40,998 nucleotides of DNA from assembly GCF_001194135.2 (NCBI RefSeq), contig NC_068982.1, positions 148,742,570 to 148,783,567 of the forward strand, written 5' to 3'. The DNA comes from Octopus bimaculoides (Eukaryota). Below the pieces are notes generated by a model, which worked only from the letters and a program-made list of their open reading frames with translations, was not told where the DNA came from and searched no databases. The position numbers and the translations under genes were made by a program. Shown piece by piece: positions 35,455 through 40,998 of this stretch (position 1 is its first letter; every line of letters starts with the position of its first letter).

Positions 35455-35690
35455 CAGTGTTGGTTTGTTTTCATCTCCATAACTTAGTGATTTAACAAAA
35501 TAAATCCAAGAGAATGAGTACAAAAGTTTAAAACAAAAATTAAATGTTGGGGTTGATTTTTTAGAGTACATCACTCAAGGTGGTGCACCAGCATGGCTAC
35601 AGTCCAAAGAGTGAAGCAAGTAAAGTAAGAAATATACATACATTGCTCCAGCATGGCTACAGTGACATAGCTGAAACATGTAAGAGAGCA
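35455..35690 (+). mobile_element. SINE family A 3' half followed by a duplicated 3' end
   Basis: cataacttagtg..ggggttgattt..caccagcatggctacagt (to about 35630), then ctccagcatggctacagt..gctgaaacatgtaa (35645-35690). Confidence 0.6.
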
Positions 35691-35815
35691 GAATATTTAC
35701 ATACATATGTATGTACGTACATACATACACACATACATACATACATATACATACATACATACAAACATACATACATACATACATACATACATACATACAT
35801 ACATACATACATACA

Positions 35816-36742
35816 TGGCTGATAACATTATAAGACTTGGAAGGCAGCTCCTTGAGCAACATTCTTTGTCTGATAACCTAGAATACATGCCCAAAGAAGT
35901 TGCATGTCTTATCAGATGAAATGATGAGGCTATATGAGCTGAAGACTATGCATGGATATGTTAGTAGAAAGCTCCAAAATGATAGTAACATTGATCATCA
36001 AAGCAGTCTATTATGGACCAATAGCTAGTTTACTGCCTCCCAATCTGAAGGGTATGTGTTTGCAATCCAGGAACAGGAAATATCAACCAAGTATCTGATG
36101 CACAAAAGAGATAGAGATGCAAGAAAAGTAATAAAATGTGACAGCCAACACAGACCTGGTGGAGTTCACACTGAAGATATCACCCACATCATCAGCAGTT
36201 GTCCAAAAATGTCATTACGGTAATATCTTCCGATGAGACATGACATTGTAGCTAGGACACTCTATAATGAAATCTGTTGGAAGAATAATCCTGAGGACAA
36301 AAAAATAAAAACCCACAATATGGTAGAAGCCATAGCCCCTCATAATAAAAAGGAATACTGGTGGAATGTACCAGTGAAGACCTCAATAAAATGTAAGCAC
36401 AACAGACCTGATATAATGATTTGGGATAGAGAAGAGAAATTGTTCACAGTTGTGGAAATTAGCTGCCCAGCAGATGTTAACATAAAGCTGAAGATCAATG
36501 AAAAAGAGAACACCTACGCTGAACTATTGAAAAATCTGCAGTTACTCTATCCCACTTACAAGTGCAGGTTAATACCTGTAATTATTGGGTCTGTAGAATA
36601 TGTAACACTCTGCCAAAATACTGATCTCAAGAAATTAGGCTTCTCAAAACTAGAGAGGAGAAAGCTAATTCGAAGACTACAAATCAAATCCAACATTGGA
36701 ACTGTAAAAATCTGTAAAAACTTTCCAAAGGTTTATCATTAA
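35816..36742 (+). mobile_element. R4-like RLE LINE, 3' portion (zinc-knuckle region plus RLE)
   Basis: MHGYVSRKLQ..EGYVFAIQEQEISTKYL..EDITHIISSCP.. followed by ORF 36233..36742 (MRHDIVARTLY..WWNVPV..KHNRPDIMIWD..VVEISCP..EKENTYAEL..IPVIIGS). Preceded by (CATA)n. Confidence 0.88.
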
Positions 36743-36884
36743 AATATATATGAGCATGTCTAGATATGCAACTATATGCATGAGAATACATACATAATGC
36801 AAAACAAACACAAATCTGCACAGATATGCATGCATACATACATACATACATACATACATAATACATACGTACATACATACATAC

Positions 36885-37150
36885 TTGCCAATAATAACTG
36901 GAGCACTAGGGTTTGTTAGTAAATGCTTAAAGGAGCATCTGGATAAACTTGGATTTTCAGAAAGAGACACTGACTGGCTGATTCATACATTACAAGTGCA
37001 ATCTGTGAATGGAACAGTAGAAACATGCAAGACTTTTCTCAAGTTCCAAATGTGAATTTGTCTGCGTTAACTATATCCCGAAGATGGAGTCTTGTATCTT
37101 TGTTGGAAACTGACTCCCACCTCAGTGGAAATTTTATGATAATTAAAAAA
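36885..37150 (+). mobile_element. Short 3' fragment of a related R4-like element
   Basis: PIITGALGFVSKCLKEHLDKLGFSERDTDWLIHTLQVQSVNGTVETCKTFLKFQM* parallels the C-terminus of the preceding ORF. It starts right after a (CATA)n run. Confidence 0.8.
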
Positions 37151-37174
37151 TAGAAGAGACATACAAACAAAAAT

Positions 37175-37275
37175 ATTCTGCTGTTTATGTTGAAATTCCA
37201 ATGAAGGAGCCTTTGGACGAGATTAGAAACTGGTTCTTTCTCTATTGGCAAGAAATCTTGAAATAAAACTGAAGA
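37175..37275 (+). mobile_element. Terminal module shared with 1326-1445 and 11995-12090
   Basis: gttgaaattccaatgaaggagcc..ttagaaactggttctttctctattggcaagaaatcttgaaataaaactga, followed by a CATAC repeat. Confidence 0.75.
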
Positions 37276-37740
37276 ATGACATACACATACACATGTATAT
37301 GTTTACATATGAAATAAACACATACAGGCAGACTCACAGTTTCATGGGAGAAACAGACTATGTTTTACAGCTACATTCATCTATTCCTTGGTCACTGCTG
37401 CTGCTCTGCTTTAGTCAACTGAAGCCAAGTTCTGGTTGAATTACATCATGGCAGTACCAAAAAATAGACAACTGTAGTTTATCAGACACAATTCTTAAAT
37501 TGAAATTCAGAATCTGTCAGTGAACACTTAGCTTCGATGTATTTACTGTTATATTTGGTACATTCTACTTTGAGTTGAGTACACTAGTTTTTGTTTAGTC
37601 GAATTAGATGGTGTGTGTCTGTGTGTGTGTGTCTGTGTGTGTGTGTACCTGTGTAGGTATGTGTGTGTACATGTGTGTGTATGTGTTTTGTGCATGCATA
37701 TGCAAATATATATGCATACACATGCATATATACGTTTGTT

Positions 37741-37789
<49 letters not shown>

Positions 37790-38488
37790 GACAGATAGAT
37801 AGAGTGATAGATAGATACATTTCTTTTATTAGCCACACAGGGCTCAACGAAGATGGGACAAATACAATGTAGAGCTTTTCTTTTTGGGAGGGGGAAGGAA
37901 GGAAAAAANNNNNNNNNNNNNNNNNNNNNNNNNNNNNNNNNNNNNNNNNNNNNNNNNNNNNNNNNNNNNNNNNNNNNNNNNNNNNNNNNNNNNNNNNNNN
38001 NNNNNNNNNNNNNNNNNNNNNNNNNNNNNNNNNNNNNNNNNNNNNNNNNNNNNNNNNNNNNNNNNNNNNNNNNNNNNNNNNNNNNNNNNNNNNNNNNNNN
38101 NNNNNNNNNNNNNNNNNNNNNNNNNNNNNNNNNNNNNNNNNNNNNNNNNNNNNNNNNNNNNNNNNNNNNNNNNNNNNNNNNNNNNNNNNNNNNNNNNNNN
38201 NNNNNNNNNNNNNNNNNNNNNNNNNNNNNNNNNNNNNNNNNNNNNNNNNNNNNNNNNNNNNNNNNNNNNNNNNNNNNNNNNNNNNNNNNNNNNNNNNNNN
38301 NNNNNNNNNNNNNNNNNNNNNNNNNNNNNNNNNNNNNNNNNNNNNNNNNNNNNNNNNNNNNNNNNNNNNNNNNNNNNNNNNNNNNNNNNNNNNNNNNNNN
38401 NNNNNNNNNNNNNNNNNNNNNNNNNNNNNNNNNNNNNNNNNNNNNNNNNNNNNNNNNNNNNNNNNNNNNNNNNNNNNNNNNNNNNNNN

Positions 38489-38527
<39 letters not shown>

Positions 38528-38864
38528 ATATAGGTAAATATAACATACACACACATATGAATAGAGGTACATATACATACATATATATTTATAAAATGCA
38601 TATGTATATAAACATATATGTACACCTGTGTAAATGCATATATGTAATTATATATATATATACATATATATATAAATGTATGTATATTTATATATGCATA
38701 TACATATATATACATTCATGTATACATATATATAAATCTGTGTGCATTTATATATATATACACACACGCTCACACAAATATATCAATTATCAACAAACAT
38801 ACTCCAAACACATACAATACACACACATGCTTACTCATATATATATATGTACGTACGTACGTAC

Positions 38865-38897
<33 letters not shown>

Positions 38898-38909
38898 TAT
38901 GTATGTATG

Positions 38910-38943
<34 letters not shown>

Positions 38944-39667
38944 TGTAAGTATGTATGTATGTATGTAAGTATGTATGTATGTGTTAATTCTTCATCTCTG
39001 GAGGCTATATGTCTTAAAGTATTTATTATACTACTTCCCATGAATTGTTATTCTGGCTTAGATGTTACCTTTGTTTATGTCTTTATTTATATTTTCATGC
39101 AGACCATTACTTATTTTGTTATTTTCATATCTATCCATTTATCCATTTATGAATCTCTTACTATCTCCCTATCAATATTTAGATATTATCTTGTTATTTA
39201 TTCATGTGCCTATCTATCTTTCTCGCTATCTATTTATCTATTTAACTATATTTTTGTATATCTGTTTATTTATTCACATATCTTTCTATTTATCTATCTA
39301 TCTGTTTATGTATCTTCCATCCTATCTGCATCTGTCTATCTATATTTTTTATTTATTTATACAATGTCTTATCCATTTTCATTTCCAACGCTGTCTTGCA
39401 CTAATATTTCAGGTGAACAGAATGTAATTGTCAGATGTATTCAAAGAAGAGTTCTAATTCATTCTTTATTTTTTAATATTTATGCAGTTCTTTTTTTTTT
39501 ATCTTTTTGAGTTACTCACTTTATTGGAAATATGAGAAGGTCTTTAGATATATTTCAATGTTACATTTGTTATTTAATGTATTATTTATCATTTTCTTCC
39601 ATTTTGTATGAGCAAAAATACTATTGTATATATTTTATTTTATTGCTGAAATGGCTATTCAACAATT

Positions 39668-39767
<100 letters not shown>

Positions 39768-39829
39768 TAACTCTTTTACGCATTAACTAGTTTCAGCTTG
39801 AAAGTTGTGGCCATGCTGGAGGCTTTGCT

Positions 39830-40260
39830 ACATCTTCAATACTTGAAACCTTTTCTTAAATGTGGCATTTAGTGAATGAGGGAGTTCAATGCTGTTGCCC
39901 TCATCTGTGTTACTCTTGTGAGATAGGATCATCCAGAATCCTCGACAGAAGGTGATCCAGTTTTGTTTAGTAGACACCAACATCCATACCATGCAAGTCT
40001 CTCAGACTTTCTGCAAAGACATTGAAGAGCTGTGGGCCCTTGAAACTCACGCAATTATAATATCTGGTCTTGTATCTTGACGGTGATGTTGGGGTCTTTG
40101 GCACAATGGAGAGGTGCTCCATTTTTTTAGTTTTTTGTTTTATCGATGTTCAGGTATAATGTTTGTCTGTTATTGTTGACAATGCCTAAGGACATCACAT
40201 GGGAGAAGATGGGTCATGATGTGTCCAGTTGTGGCTGTACCTTAACACAAATCCCTGACT
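39830..40260 (-). mobile_element. CR1/L2-group LINE 3' coding fragment
   Basis: Minus frame IVPKTPTSPSRYKTRYYNCVSFKGPQLFNVFAESLRDLHGMDVGVY*TKLDHLLSRILDDP resembles the GPxLFNxLP..LR....FK.KLD..L C-terminal motif. Exact clade uncertain. Confidence 0.65.
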
Positions 40261-40890
40261 GAACAAGCATCACAACCTACTGTTTGATAAGCAGTAAGGT
40301 CACACAATATAATATAGTTCCTAGAAACATGGTTCATAAAAGAAAGAAAGGCTATGGCTATAATTCTTTGTCTCAAGCTGAACTAGGTCTAAACAAGAAG
40401 AACAACTCATAAATGTATGTATGATTATGTTTATAGAAACATACATACATACATGTGTGAGTGTAGTTTTATACATTTTTTTAAAAATATCTTGTACTTG
40501 AATCTACTTAGCACACTAAAATAGGAGTTTACACATACAAATCAAAATAAAAGTATACAAACATTGAAATATCAAGGCCTGACATACACTGTGTTTCTGG
40601 TGAATGTGTACATGGGGAAAGAAATAACACATGTACCTCATTAAATGTGAACTTCTAACTGACGTCAACTAAATAAATTTCAAATTATATGGGAATTGAT
40701 AAAAGGAAATGAAACATCTGTCTTAGTTGTAAAAATACTTTACAGCAGAAACTTCAAAATTAAATATTAAAAATATCTGTGGTCAACTTCTGAAATAAGT
40801 ATGATTTTTAAATGCGGAGTGGAAAAATAACTCACATTTGTAGCAAATATTTATTTCAGGAGTAAATACATTCTGAAGGGCTCAAAGGAA

Positions 40891-40954
<64 letters not shown>

Positions 40955-40998
40955 CACACACACATACACACATACGCATATATACACACACACACACG

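Noticed and set aside
38959-39510. 183-aa hydrophobic ORF resembling a membrane protein
   Set aside because: It is encoded by degenerate (TATC/TATT)n low-complexity sequence; the I/Y/L/F/S bias is a microsatellite artefact.

Overview
AT-rich eukaryotic draft-assembly DNA with five N gaps and very dense microsatellites. The repeat families resemble those I recall from coleoid cephalopods (Octopus); this is an inference, not a database match. I find no convincing host protein-coding gene, and most ORFs in the track are microsatellite or gap artefacts. The window is a patchwork of decayed mobile elements: two mariner and two Tc1 relics, a hAT transposase relic, RTE LINE 3' ends and RTE-tailed short elements, seven R4/Dong-like restriction-like-endonuclease LINE fragments, an L1/Tx1-like ORF1, a CR1/L2-group LINE tail and several tRNA-derived SINE families. 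The most notable structures are: (i) a Penelope-like GIY-YIG 3' fragment with a minimal hammerhead-ribozyme-like motif and an inverted copy of its tail (33.5-34.2 kb); (ii) next to it, a near-perfect 516-bp palindrome centred on a second minimal hammerhead-like motif; (iii) two more long fold-back repeats at 19.3-21.3 kb, one interrupted by a heterodimeric SINE with a TSD; and (iv) a tRNA-Thr(GGT)-like Pol III cassette with an extended stem, flanked by direct repeats.
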